Positions 1-9,700 of a stretch of DNA of 60,603 nucleotides are shown one piece after another. Source of the stretch: Lentisphaeria bacterium (GTDB lineage: Bacteria; Verrucomicrobiota; Lentisphaeria; Victivallales; Victivallaceae); assembly GCA_017443585.1 (NCBI GenBank), contig JAFSYV010000225.1:1-60603 (forward strand). Direction: 5' to 3'. The notes below the pieces were generated by a model. It ran no database searches. It saw only the letters and a program-made list of their open reading frames with translations, and was not told the DNA's origin. The translations under genes and the position numbers were made by a program. Every line of letters starts with the position of its first letter. Positions within the stretch are counted from its first letter, which is position 1.

Positions 1-1443
1 GTATCCGGGGAGATCGCGCAGGACTACCGCCGCATCGGGCATCCACAGCCCGGCGCGGCAGGGGCCGTCGGGAGCGGGGACATCGATTTCGAGGCGCTGT
101 TCCGCGCCGCCGTACCACTTGCGGATCTCGCAGTCGATTTCAGAGGCCTGTTCCCCGAGGCGCAGATAGACCTTCCGGGGGTTGACCGGGGCGGAAAATC
201 CCCGGTTGACGAGGCGGATCTCGCCTTTGACGCGGCCGCCTTCACGGTTGAGTTCCGCGCTCTGCAGCTCGATCCGGTAGCCCAGATGGTCCCGGAAATA
301 TTCGTAATAACTGCGCCAGATGTGCTTGCCCGTTTCCGATTCGAAGTAGCCGTCGGAAATGGGGAGACCTTTGTCGATGAGGAACATGGGGTCCACGGGA
401 ACGCGCTTCCAGACGTCCATCGAATATTTGGTGCCGGGGCCTTCGAACTCGCTGTTGCTGTGGACGAAGCCCAGGGTGTCGTAGTGGTAGCGGGCCAGGG
501 CCTGAGCCGCGGCGTCGGGCAGGGCGGGGCCGGCGACGTCGCGCCAGAAAAGTTCCCCGTCCTGGGGCAGAAACCTGCTTTCCGCGGCGTTGTAGGCCTG
601 CTGTTCCTCCGGGTCCGGGTCCCGCCAGGTGGCCCCGTAGGTGGGCCCCGCCAGGAATCCGTCGCAGAAGTGGCCGATGCGGGCCTCCGGGGCGGCGGTG
701 AAGGCCTTTTCTTCGCTCAGGGGGGCGTTGCCGAAAAGTTCCCGCTTCAAATTGGGGTAGCGGAGCATGGTGCAGCGGTCGGGGGGGAGCACATCCAGCA
801 CCCGGTCGAGGAGCTCCCGGCGGAAGGGCTTGTCCAGCTGAAGTTTGTGGAAGCTGTTGTGCCACTCGCCGAACTTCCCCACGAAACCGCACTGGAGGAC
901 GTAGATCACGTCGCTGTACTTCCGGATCAGGGGCCGGAGCTGTTCCAGATGGTTCAAGGTCGTTTCGGCGGTGGGGCCGGAAAGGGTGGGGGAAAGTTCA
1001 TAGGCGAAGCGCAGCAGCGCCTTGACCTCGTTGGCCCGGAGTTTCTGCAGGAACGTTTCGATATCGGCGAGCTTCTCTTCGGAAAGGGGGCTTCCTTTCC
1101 CCGTGCCGAAGTTCATCAGGAAACAGTAGCTCTGCATGACGCTTACGCCGTCGTAGGCGAAGTAGTCCAGCTCGTCTTCCCACTGGCAGTGGGCGAACTC
1201 CACGCCGTCCAGGCGGTTCCCCCGGATCAGGTGGGGGACGCCGGGCACGTCGGCGTTCTGGTAGACCGGCACTTCGCTGCGGCCGTCCAGCTTCAATTGC
1301 TTCTGGTGGCAGGAGCACATGCCGGCCACCTCGCCGGGGATGCAGCTGAAGTACATCTCGGTGCGGAACCCCCGTTCGGGGTTGCGCAGGGCCCGGCGGC
1401 CGTGAAGGTCGTCGGGACGGATGCCGCGAAAACGCCAAAACAT
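1..1443 (-). CDS. DUF4874/DUF4832-like glycoside-hydrolase-like protein, partial (C-terminus runs off the left edge)
   Basis: Absent from the ORF track because no stop codon lies inside the window. My translation of the minus strand from the ATG at 1443 gives MFWRFRGIRPDDLHGRRALRNPERGFRTEMYFSCIPGEVAG... The frame stays open to position 1 (481 codons). The NPERGF motif and overall composition match what I recall of DUF4874 N-terminal domains. Confidence 0.7.
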   Translation of the reverse strand, partial: MFWRFRGIRPDDLHGRRALRNPERGFRTEMYFSCIPGEVAGMCSCHQKQLKLDGRSEVPVYQNADVPGVPHLIRGNRLDGVEFAHCQWEDELDYFAYDGVSVMQSYCFLMNFGTGKGSPLSEEKLADIETFLQKLRANEVKALLRFAYELSPTLSGPTAETTLNHLEQLRPLIRKYSDVIYVLQCGFVGKFGEWHNSFHKLQLDKPFRRELLDRVLDVLPPDRCTMLRYPNLKRELFGNAPLSEEKAFTAAPEARIGHFCDGFLAGPTYGATWRDPDPEEQQAYNAAESRFLPQDGELFWRDVAGPALPDAAAQALARYHYDTLGFVHSNSEFEGPGTKYSMDVWKRVPVDPMFLIDKGLPISDGYFESETGKHIWRSYYEYFRDHLGYRIELQSAELNREGGRVKGEIRLVNRGFSAPVNPRKVYLRLGEQASEIDCEIRKWYGGAEQRLEIDVPAPDGPCRAGLWMPDAAVVLRDLPGY

Positions 1444-1512
1444 AACCTGACTCTCTTTCCGAAAAATACAAAGACTTGCTCCCGCGCGGGGAAAAGGTGC
1501 GTACAACTCAAT

Positions 1513-1541
1513 AACTTAGCAGAAAGTCCGGGCAAATGCAA
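1513..1541 (-). promoter_or_regulatory. sigma70-type promoter for the DUF4874-like gene
   Basis: Minus strand reads TTGCAT, 17 nt, TAAGTT. It lies about 60 nt upstream of the ATG at 1443 and has the same architecture as the other promoters in the window. Confidence 0.5.
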
Positions 1542-1647
1542 GTTTTTTTCGAAAAAAAACGCAAAAAAAGAGACAGAAAGCCCCGGACGGGCCTTCCGCC
1601 TCTTTCATATTTCCTGCCTTCCGCCGGAAGGGAAGGGCGGGACTTCC

Positions 1648-2814
1648 TCACTTCATCTTGCCGAAGATGTCGAAGGTGCTGTTCGTTTCCACGCCCTCGG
1701 CCACGGTGAGGCCGCCGAAGCCGGTGGCCTGCAGGCAGAAGTCCGGCACGGCGTCGTCGGCCATGATCCCCAGCAGACGGGCTTTGAGGGGATTCGCCAG
1801 GTAGTCGAAGCTGCGTTCGCAGCGGCTGCGGATGGCCGGATCGTCCTCGATGTTGTTCACGTAGTAGTGGAGGAGCGAGGGCAGCCCGGCGCACTTGCAG
1901 GCGTACCAGTAGTAGCGCAGTCCTTCCCCGAAGCTGTCCTTCCAGCCTCTCCAGTCGATGCGGAGCGAGGCCCGGTCCATGTCGAAGAAGCCGTAGTTAT
2001 CGGGCCAGCGGGTGATGATGTCGGCGTTGATCCACTTCTTGAGCATCTTTTCGATCCGGGAGCGCACTTCCGCGTCGGTGCTGACGCGGTGGACCCAGCA
2101 GAAGGCTTCCATCATATAGAAGATGCGGCTGAAATCTCCGATCAGGGAGTCGGCATCGGGGAGGGGATAGACGTTGAAACGGATGGGAACACCCGATTCG
2201 TGGACGTGGTCGCACTGGAACATGGCGAAGCGCTCCGCGTTGCGGACGTAGCGCTTGTCGCCCGTGGCGATGGCGGCTCCGGCGAAGGCGGAGCAGACGT
2301 TCATGGCCATGGAGTAGGGTTCGCAGACCTTGTGTCCGTTCCAGATGCCGTTGCCGTAGGCGCCGTTGGGCAGACTCCAGATGGGGACCCAGCAGTCCAG
2401 CCACTTGCAGGCGCAGTCGGTGGAGCGTTTCTTACGCACGGGATCCTTGCAGTAGATGGCCGCCTGCATGAGGCCGTGGACGTTGGAGCCGCCGTCGGCC
2501 AGATTGAGCCTGCCGCAGCGGATATAGTCTTCGATCTCGTCCACGGTGTATTCGGTGATGGCCTTGCCCCGGCAGGTGGAGGAAAGGGCTCCGTTGGGAA
2601 ACTGTTCCACGGTGTACTGGTCCAGCCAGGGCCAGACCGCTTCGGCGTACTCCTCCTTGCCCAGGAGTTTCGCCCCGAGAATCAGCGTCCGGATGGGGTA
2701 GAAGAGGTAGTACCACTCGAAGGGGGGCTTGAAACTCTTGAGCTGTTCCACGATCCAGTCGCAGTAGAGCGTGAGGGCATCGCGGCGGGAAAGCTGTTCG
2801 TAGGGGATCTTCAT
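1648..2814 (-). CDS. hypothetical protein (Trp/Cys-rich, possibly an alpha/alpha-toroid glycan-processing enzyme; function unassigned)
   Basis: ORF track 1648..2847. I prefer the ATG at 2814 (MKIPYEQLSRR...) because GGAAAGGA lies 8-12 nt upstream. The alternative GTG at 2847 would overlap the end of the SIS gene. Composition is protein-like. I recognise no family motif. Confidence 0.65.
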   Translation of the reverse strand: MKIPYEQLSRRDALTLYCDWIVEQLKSFKPPFEWYYLFYPIRTLILGAKLLGKEEYAEAVWPWLDQYTVEQFPNGALSSTCRGKAITEYTVDEIEDYIRCGRLNLADGGSNVHGLMQAAIYCKDPVRKKRSTDCACKWLDCWVPIWSLPNGAYGNGIWNGHKVCEPYSMAMNVCSAFAGAAIATGDKRYVRNAERFAMFQCDHVHESGVPIRFNVYPLPDADSLIGDFSRIFYMMEAFCWVHRVSTDAEVRSRIEKMLKKWINADIITRWPDNYGFFDMDRASLRIDWRGWKDSFGEGLRYYWYACKCAGLPSLLHYYVNNIEDDPAIRSRCERSFDYLANPLKARLLGIMADDAVPDFCLQATGFGGLTVAEGVETNSTFDIFGKMK

Positions 2815-2837
2815 GATGGGATTTTCCTTTCCTGAAA

Positions 2838-3581
2838 TCACAGCCACTTGATGAGGGGCCGGTACTTGGCGTAGATCTTCTTGTTCTTTTCCAGCCCGCC
2901 TTGGACGTTGATGCTGTTGATGATGGGCACGTCGAAGCCTTCGGCTGTGAGCATCTCGCAGCAGCGGATGGCCATGGCGTTGCAGATGAAGGCGTTGCCG
3001 AAGGTGGAGTAGGCGCCGATCCTGGAGCCGATGCCCGGCATGGAGACGATGGCGTCGCCGTATTCCATGTAGGTGAGGAGCGTCACTTCGAACATCTCAT
3101 GGAGATTGAGTCCGCTCTTGTGGCGGCCGGGGAAGTCCTTGGGGAGCTTTTCGGCATAGTCGGTGGAGGTGACGGCGATGACTTTCACGCCCCGTTTCTT
3201 GCATTCGAGGGCGGTCTCGATGGTGACGGGGTTGATGCCGTAGCCGTTGACGAGGATGAGCAGATCGTCCTTGCCGATGTTGTAGGCGTCGAGGATGTAG
3301 GGGGCGAGCTCCGCGCACCGTTCGCCGAAGGGAATGTGGGGGATCCGGATGGCGTCGGCGAAGACCGGGCTGATGCAGGCCAACCCGCCCGCCCGGTGGA
3401 ACATCTCTTCGGCCATCATGTTGGAGTGGCCGCCGGAGCCGAAAACGTAGATCAGCTTGTCGGCCTTGATCTGATCGGCCATCATCCGCGCGGCCCTGTC
3501 GATCATTTCCCGCTGTTCGGCGAGGATCTTTTCCATGCGCCGTTCCAGCTCGTCCAGATACTCTCTCACGAAGTCTCTCAT
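2838..3581 (-). CDS. SIS (sugar isomerase) domain protein, UPF0309-like
   Basis: 247 aa. Contains LIYVFGSGGHSNMMAEE, the nucleotide/sugar-phosphate binding loop typical of SIS folds. AGGAAGGA RBS upstream. Sits 40 nt downstream of the LacI-family gene. Confidence 0.8.
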   Translation of the reverse strand: MRDFVREYLDELERRMEKILAEQREMIDRAARMMADQIKADKLIYVFGSGGHSNMMAEEMFHRAGGLACISPVFADAIRIPHIPFGERCAELAPYILDAYNIGKDDLLILVNGYGINPVTIETALECKKRGVKVIAVTSTDYAEKLPKDFPGRHKSGLNLHEMFEVTLLTYMEYGDAIVSMPGIGSRIGAYSTFGNAFICNAMAIRCCEMLTAEGFDVPIINSINVQGGLEKNKKIYAKYRPLIKWL

Positions 3582-3621
3582 ACTTTCCTTCCTTATTTTT
3601 TGGGGTGAGTGGAGGTTTTTT

Positions 3622-4581
3622 TCACACCTGAAAACATTTCAGGGCGACTTCACAGTCCAGCCGCACGTGGCGGCGTTTCGGGTCGGCGATGCGCCGGAGC
3701 AGCAGTTCCGCGGCGAAAGCCCCCATGGCCCGGGGATCCTGTTCCAGAACGAAGGGGACGCGCATTTCCCGTCCGGGGAGCTTCTTGTTATCTCCCGCCG
3801 CGGCGGCGAGTTCCGGGGCCAGTTCCCGGAGCAGCGCGGCGTAGGGGTAGTTCACCGCGATGACCGCGTCGGGGGGGCGGGGGTCCTTTTTCCATGCCGC
3901 GAGGAGTCCGGAAAACTCCTTCCGGTGCTCCGGGGTGTCTCCCACGGGAAGACCGCAGCTGTGCCAAATGGGGGGAGTTCCGGCGTCGCGGCAGAACTCA
4001 AGGTAAGCATTGAGGCGTTCGGCGTAGTTGCAGCTGTAGGGAGAGTAGGCGGGATCGGCGCCGATGAAGCCGATGCGTCTGAATCCCCGTTCCGTCAGGT
4101 GCCGGCACAAGGTGAGGATCCCGCCCCGGTTGTCGGGCATGACCGTGTCCAGCGGGGCCCCCGGATGGGCGCAGTTGAGCAGGACCAGGGGCAGCGAGCA
4201 CTTGGAGTTGAGCAGGAACTCCAGCGCCTGCCCGGAGCGGACGATGAGGCCGTCCACCTGCCGGTTTTTGAATACGGTAAGTTCCCTTGAGCGGAAGCAC
4301 TCGAAGATAACGTTATAAAAACTTGAGCTGAACTCCTCTTCCGCGCCGCAGACCGCCTCGTGGATGAAGGCGTCACGTCTGCTCTGGAGCGGGTCGGTGA
4401 TGAATCCCGCCGCCCAGACCCGCTTCATGCCGGAGCCGTTGCAGAAGCCGTTTTCCCGCAGCGCGGCGGTGATTTTGGCCTTCTTTTCGGCGGAGACCCG
4501 GGTGGTCAGAGGGTTCCGCAGGACCAGTGACACGGCCACCTGCGACACGCCGAGGGCTTTGGCTATTTCGCGCTGATTCAT
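3622..4581 (-). CDS. LacI-family transcriptional regulator
   Basis: N-terminal HTH REIAKALGVSQVAVSLVL followed by a periplasmic-binding-protein-like body. The ORF-track start at 4584 is TTG. The adjacent ATG at 4581 is preferred. Confidence 0.88.
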   Translation of the reverse strand: MNQREIAKALGVSQVAVSLVLRNPLTTRVSAEKKAKITAALRENGFCNGSGMKRVWAAGFITDPLQSRRDAFIHEAVCGAEEEFSSSFYNVIFECFRSRELTVFKNRQVDGLIVRSGQALEFLLNSKCSLPLVLLNCAHPGAPLDTVMPDNRGGILTLCRHLTERGFRRIGFIGADPAYSPYSCNYAERLNAYLEFCRDAGTPPIWHSCGLPVGDTPEHRKEFSGLLAAWKKDPRPPDAVIAVNYPYAALLRELAPELAAAAGDNKKLPGREMRVPFVLEQDPRAMGAFAAELLLRRIADPKRRHVRLDCEVALKCFQV

Positions 4582-4617
4582 CAAGTCGTTCCGTTGTTTC
4601 CGAATTCCGTCGGGGAT

Positions 4618-4646
4618 AATATAAGTCTCTTTCCGCGGCTTGTCAA
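4618..4646 (-). promoter_or_regulatory. sigma70-type promoter of the LacI/SIS/hypothetical operon
   Basis: Minus strand reads TTGACA, 17 nt, TATATT. Confidence 0.6.
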
Positions 4647-4673
4647 GGGCGGGATCGGTTATAATTCAAGTTA

Positions 4674-4687
4674 TCAAAACGTTTTCC
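4674..4687. promoter_or_regulatory. candidate LacI-family operator (palindrome TCAAAACGTTTTCC)
   Basis: CG-centred palindrome AAAACGTTTT resembling the generic LacI/GalR operator TGnAAnCGnTTnCA. It lies in the divergent region between the regulator and the amidohydrolase gene. Single site, end positions imperfect. Confidence 0.3.
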
Positions 4688-4740
4688 CCGCGGACCGCCC
4701 GGTGTCACCGCCCGGCCGGCTGCCGGATTGCGGGCAGAAC

Positions 4741-4774
4741 TTCCCGGTATTCCCGGTATTCCCGGTATTCCCGG
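4741..4774. repeat. tandem repeat, 3.8 x 9 bp (TTCCCGGTA)
   Basis: Read directly as ttcccggta ttcccggta ttcccggta ttcccgg. Intergenic, between two divergent promoters. Confidence 0.95.
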
Positions 4775-4845
4775 CCTGCGGCGGCGCACCTTTCCGGCAA
4801 GGCTGTTCGCCCCCCCCGATATGCAGGGTTTTTTCAAGGCGGAAC

Positions 4846-4874
4846 TTGAAAAAACGCTCAAGAGGCTGTAAATT
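4846..4874 (+). promoter_or_regulatory. sigma70-type promoter of the amidohydrolase gene
   Basis: TTGAAA, 17 nt, TAAATT, with TG immediately upstream of the -10. About 42 nt before the ATG at 4916. Confidence 0.55.
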
Positions 4875-4915
4875 ACCTTCCAAGTACCGAGTTCGAACCT
4901 TTCAGGGAGGAAAAA

Positions 4916-5800
4916 ATGTTCATCGACATCCATGTCCACACCAAACGGATCCCCGGTCCGCCCCGGTTCACGGGGGACCAGATGACCTTTGCGACACCGG
5001 ACGAACTGCTCGCCGGTTACGACGAGATCGGCGTCGAACGCGCCTGCGTCCTGCCCGAGGTCAACCCCGAGTGCTCCTACACGCTCCAGTCCAACGAGGA
5101 GATCCTGGAACTGGCGGAGCGGAACAGCCGCTTCATCCCCTTCTGCAACGTGGATCCCCGGGCCATGACCAACAGCATCCGGTCGCCCTTCGACCGGATC
5201 TTCAAGTACTACCGCGACAAGGGCTGCAAGGGGATCGGCGAAGTGAGCGCCAATTTGTCCATGCTCGATCCGCTCGTTCAGGCGATGTTCGCGGGGGCCG
5301 AAGCGGCGGGGCTGTCGGTGACCTTCCACCTTTCGCCCTATGCCGGTTACGACTACGGCCTCGTGGTCGGCGCCGGATTGCCGGAACTGGAAACGACCCT
5401 GCAGCGCTTCCCGAAACTCAAGATCTTCGCCCACAGCCAGACCTTCTGGGCCGAAATGGGGGCCCGTCCCACCCTCGAGGAGCGCATGGGCTATCCCGAA
5501 GGGAAAATTCAGGAGGAGGGCCGCGTCCCCGAGCTGATGCGGAAGTATGAAAACCTCTACGGCGACCTTTCCGCCGGGAGCGGCTGCAACGCCCTGGTCC
5601 GCGACCGGGAGTACGCCGTCAAGTTCCTCGATGAGTTTCAGGACCGGCTCTTCTTCGGGACCGACATCTGCCAGCCCACCATGCCCACGCTCCGGCCTCT
5701 GGCCGCATTCCTCCGCGACCTGCTCGCGAAGGGGGAGATCTCTCAGACCGTCTTCGACAAGGTGGCCCGCGGAAACGCGGTCCGCGTCCTCGGGCTTTGA
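4916..5800 (+). CDS. amidohydrolase-2-type metal-dependent TIM-barrel hydrolase
   Basis: 294 aa. N-terminus MFIDIHVHT carries the HxH metal motif. GGGAGGA RBS. Confidence 0.82.
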   Translation: MFIDIHVHTKRIPGPPRFTGDQMTFATPDELLAGYDEIGVERACVLPEVNPECSYTLQSNEEILELAERNSRFIPFCNVDPRAMTNSIRSPFDRIFKYYRDKGCKGIGEVSANLSMLDPLVQAMFAGAEAAGLSVTFHLSPYAGYDYGLVVGAGLPELETTLQRFPKLKIFAHSQTFWAEMGARPTLEERMGYPEGKIQEEGRVPELMRKYENLYGDLSAGSGCNALVRDREYAVKFLDEFQDRLFFGTDICQPTMPTLRPLAAFLRDLLAKGEISQTVFDKVARGNAVRVLGL

Positions 5801-5868
5801 CCCGACTTCAGGAACGGCTCCGTTCCCCGTCCGGTGCGGCGGGGAGCGTTTTTTTTCTTTCCGTCCCC

Positions 5869-5897
5869 TTGCATTTGCTCTCGGCCGGTGCTATATT
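5869..5897 (+). promoter_or_regulatory. sigma70-type promoter of the DUF1559 gene
   Basis: TTGCAT, 17 nt, TATATT, preceded by GTGC. Confidence 0.6.
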
Positions 5898-5971
5898 ATT
5901 ACGAAAACAAAAATCGTAATAACGACGCGCCGTGTCCGTTATCGCGAAGCAAACGAAGGAAGGACCTGAAA

Positions 5972-6757
5972 ATGAAAAGAAACTTCACCCTCATCGAACT
6001 TCTGGTGGTCATCGCCATCATCGCCATCCTGGCCGGGATGCTCCTGCCCGCGCTGCAGCAGGCGCGGGAGCGCGCCCGGGCGGGGAGCTGCATTTCGAAC
6101 TTGAAGCAGATCAGCACCGCCAACGCCATGTACGCCGACAACAACACCGACTACTGCGTGCCCTACACCACCGCCGTGGGGTCCAGCATGCAGAATCCCG
6201 GCGACTACTGGCTGGGCGTGCTGAGCAGCGACAAGAAGTACGACATCACTACCAGTCCGCTCCTCGGGACCTACTACGGCAACGCTCCCAAGGTCATGGT
6301 CTGCCCCTCGCCCTTCGAACAGATCGGCGACCTGACCAAGTGCGACAACGGCGGCGGCTACGGCTACAACGGCAAGTGGTTCGGCGGCTACAAGGAAACT
6401 CACTTGAAGCGCAGTTCCATGCGGCGTCTGAGCAGTTCCATCATGTTCGGCGACAGCGCCAGCAGCGGCAAGTCCTCCGGGACGGGCTACGACAAGGCCC
6501 GCTACACCCCCTATATGTACTGCAAGGTCATGCCCAACGGGACTCAGAACTCCAACAAGACCAGCGGGACCTCCCACTTCCGCCATTCGGGCCGCTCCAA
6601 CGTGGTCTGGGGCGACGGGCACGTTTCCAGCGAACCCGTGGGGACGGTCAACGTGAATCATCACTGCGCCAGGGCGGCGCAGGTGGGCTTCATCGGCGGG
6701 CCCACGCAGGATTTTTACAATCCCACCCGCGAGAACGATGCTTGCGCGGACGAGTGA
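5972..6757 (+). CDS. prepilin-type N-terminal cleavage/methylation domain protein, DUF1559 (H-X9-DG) family
   Basis: Start at [28 protein letters not shown], the class III signal/pseudopilin motif. The C-terminal [12 protein letters not shown] fits H-X9-DG. The longer ORF-track start at 5834 has no support. Confidence 0.9.
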   Translation: MKRNFTLIELLVVIAIIAILAGMLLPALQQARERARAGSCISNLKQISTANAMYADNNTDYCVPYTTAVGSSMQNPGDYWLGVLSSDKKYDITTSPLLGTYYGNAPKVMVCPSPFEQIGDLTKCDNGGGYGYNGKWFGGYKETHLKRSSMRRLSSSIMFGDSASSGKSSGTGYDKARYTPYMYCKVMPNGTQNSNKTSGTSHFRHSGRSNVVWGDGHVSSEPVGTVNVNHHCARAAQVGFIGGPTQDFYNPTRENDACADE

Positions 6758-6760
6758 GGA

Positions 6761-9700
6761 TCACCCCTCTTTGCGGAGTCCGCCCAGAGCGAAGATCACG
6801 ATCGCGAGGACCACTCCCGCCAGAATGGTCCATTTGAGCCCGGAACTGCTGAGGCTGGTTTCCTTCGGCTGATCTTCCTTCTCCTTCATCCGGAAGCCCT
6901 TGACGGGTTTGGCCGCGGCCTTTTCGGAGGCCGTCTCGCGCCGTTCCTTCCGGGGGGAGTCCTCCATCTTCGGCCGGGGCGCGGCCGGAGTTCCCGGCGC
7001 GGGGGCGAGGCTTTTCTGCAGTTCCCTGCGTTCGCTCACCTGACGGTCCAGGGTCTTGCCCCCCGTCTTTTCCACCGCGACTTGGAATTTCATCACCATT
7101 TCGGGCGACAGCACCCCCGGCAGGGAGATGAGGGAAACGACCATCTGATTGAGGAGGGGATTGTTGCAGGTGTGGTCGCAGCAGGCCATGCCGTGGGCGA
7201 CGACGCTCCGGGCGTAGGTCGCGGCCAGCTCCCGGCGGACCGCTTCCGGCGGCTGCCAGAAACCCTTGCGCACGGATTCCAGCATCCGGCCCGTGATGGA
7301 CTGGTGGGCCCACGGGCTCGTCCGGTCGAAAAACGCCTTCATGTTCAAGTTGTAACGGTCTTTCACGAAGATGTCGTTCAGCGTCTCCCAGTCCGACGGG
7401 GAAACGACCTCTTTCGTCACCGCCTGCCAGCCCCAGAGATTGTCGGTCATGCGCGAAAGCAGCTTGGCCCCCGCGTACTCCTCTTTCATGGTCCTTGCGA
7501 GCCACTCCCTGCTGTAGAGCCGGGCGTCCAGTTCGGCTGCCGTGAAGCTTTCGATCCCGGTCACCCGGACCGCGTCTTTCTGCCGGTGGTCGGCGATGTA
7601 GCTCCGGGGCCGTTTCCCGGAACGGCTCCCGACCGCGAGGGAAAGGCCCCCCATGTACTGGTACATCTCGTCGATATCGGTGACGCCGTAGACGTTGCTG
7701 GAGCGGGAGTGCAGGAGCGTTTCGACCTCCTTCACGCCGGAAACCAACGCCTCGGGGGCGTTCGCGAAGCCCCTCTTGCCGTCGGTGGTCCAGGCCATGT
7801 TCCGCAGGTAGAGCGCGGCCAGTTCCTCTTCCTTCTCCCATAGCCCCGAAGCCCCCGCGAGGCGGTTGACCCGCGTCCCGTAGGTCCCCGGAGCGGGGAA
7901 GAAGACGCCGGGTCTCCGGGCGTCGATGAAGTTTTCCGCGTCCCGGAGCCGGGCGGCCTGACGGCGCGCCTCTTCCAGCAGCCGGATCTGGGCGCCGAAC
8001 TGGTCCCGGTAGGCTCCCGACGTGGTGATGAGGACGTCGATCCGGGGCCGGTCAAGGGCGGCGCCCGGCACGGGGGCGACTCCGACGATCTTGCCAGTTC
8101 CGTCGTGGCGGAGCTTCATCCCCATGAGGGCGAGGGCGAGGGCTTCGTCGAGCCCGTCGGTGCGGACGCTTTCCCCGGCCCAGAGCAGTACCGCCGCCGT
8201 GCGGGGGAACCGGCCCAGCCGCTCCCTTTCCCGTGCGAGGAGGTCGGTTGCGAGTTTCTCGCCCCGCGCCATGGCCTCGGGGGTGGGGATCCTGGTGGGG
8301 TCGAAGGCGTGGAAGTTTCGTCCCACGGGCAGAACTCCGGGATTCCGGAGCACGTCTCCCGACTCTCCGGGGAGAATGAAGCGCCCATCGAGGGCGCGGA
8401 GAAGCGCGTTCAGTTCATCCCGTCCCGCATTGGCCAGGTGCCGCCGGGCCCGTTTCCGTTCCTTTTCGGGCATCTGCGCAAGCAGCGCGCGGAGCTCCGG
8501 CTCTTCCGGAGCCTGCCCGAAGGTGTGGAGCCCGAAGGGGGACGGGGCGGAGGCACTTTCCACGTAGTCTTCCAGACGGTGATACCACCCCGGCTCCTCC
8601 ATGCGGAGCCGCCGGAGCAGCCCCGCCCGGAGCGCGGTCTCCCGGAGTGCCTGCCGCCGCTGGGCGAGGACGTTGGGATCGGCCGACTGGCAGGCCCCGA
8701 GCTTTTCCCTGAGTTCGGGGAGGAGCTTCACATCGGAAGACCGTTTGAGGAAGGGGACCAGATGGTCGATCATCACCGCCTGCGCCCGGCGCTTGGCCAC
8801 GATCCCCTCGCCGATGCCGTCCGAAATGTAGGGGTAGATTTCCGGGATGTTCCCCCGGAGCACCAGGGGGGCGTCGGCGGCGTCCAATCCCAGCTGTTTG
8901 CCGGGGAGCCATTCGCTGGTGCCGTGGCGGCCCAGGTGGATAAGGGCGTCCGCCTTGAAAATGTGCTGAAGCCACAGGTAGACCGCCGCGTACTGGTGGG
9001 GCGGCGCGAGGGTCTTCGAGTGGACGAGTTTGTGGGGATCCCCCAGCCAGCCCCGCATGGGCTCGGGCAGGATCGCCACGTTCCCCCGCCTGAGCATGGG
9101 GATGACGAAGTTCCCCTTAAGGAACATGCTTCGATCCTTCCCCGCTTGTCCCCACTCCGCCGTGACGCTTTTTCGGAAAGGCTCCGGCAGTTTCGCGAAC
9201 AGCCCTTCGTAGACGGGGAGCGAAAGGAGAAACGCTTCGCCGCCCGCGACCAGTTCTTCCAGTTCGCCGGGGGCCCAGGGGCCCACGTTGCGGGCGTGGG
9301 CGAGGAGGGCCCGCGTCAGTTCCTTTTCGGTGAGTTTTTCCAGGCCCCCCGTGTCGTATCCCTTCCGGTGGAGCTCGGCGAGGATCCTCACCAGACTGCG
9401 GGGGACGTTGAGGCCGCTTGCGCCGATGTTCTGCTTGCCGCCCGCGCCGTTGTAGACGAAGAGGGCGATTTTTTTCTCGGCGTTGGCCTTGCGGCGGAGC
9501 GCGATCCACTGCTTCATCCGGGCCGCCGCGGAGCGGATCCGGTCGGGGAAGGGCTCATCGATCTGGATCTTGCCGCCGCCGGGCGAAGGGACGTTTCTGT
9601 TGCCGAAGAGCAGCGAGGGTTCGATGAGCCCGGAAAGCTCCGGGGCCACGAAGCCGAAGGCCACGGAAAAGTCGTTCATGCCCCGGGGGGAATCGCGCCA

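Noticed and set aside
1519-1535. GAAAGTCCGGGC, which resembles the RNase P RNA P4 strand.
   Set aside because: It is the 17-nt spacer of a promoter on the opposite strand. None of the other RNase P conserved blocks (for example ACAGAACCCGGCTTA) occur nearby.
4305-4314. A perfect palindrome ATAACGTTAT inside the LacI-family gene, considered as a second operator.
   Set aside because: It lies deep inside the coding sequence, is short, and has no second supporting feature. It could arise by chance.
6757-6761. Convergent stop codons only 3 nt apart, with a second pair 7 nt apart at 35389/35397. I considered these as possible assembly artefacts or gene fusions.
   Set aside because: Both gene pairs have complete, family-typical C-termini. 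Abutting convergent genes are plausible in a compact genome. I note only that no terminator hairpin fits in these gaps.
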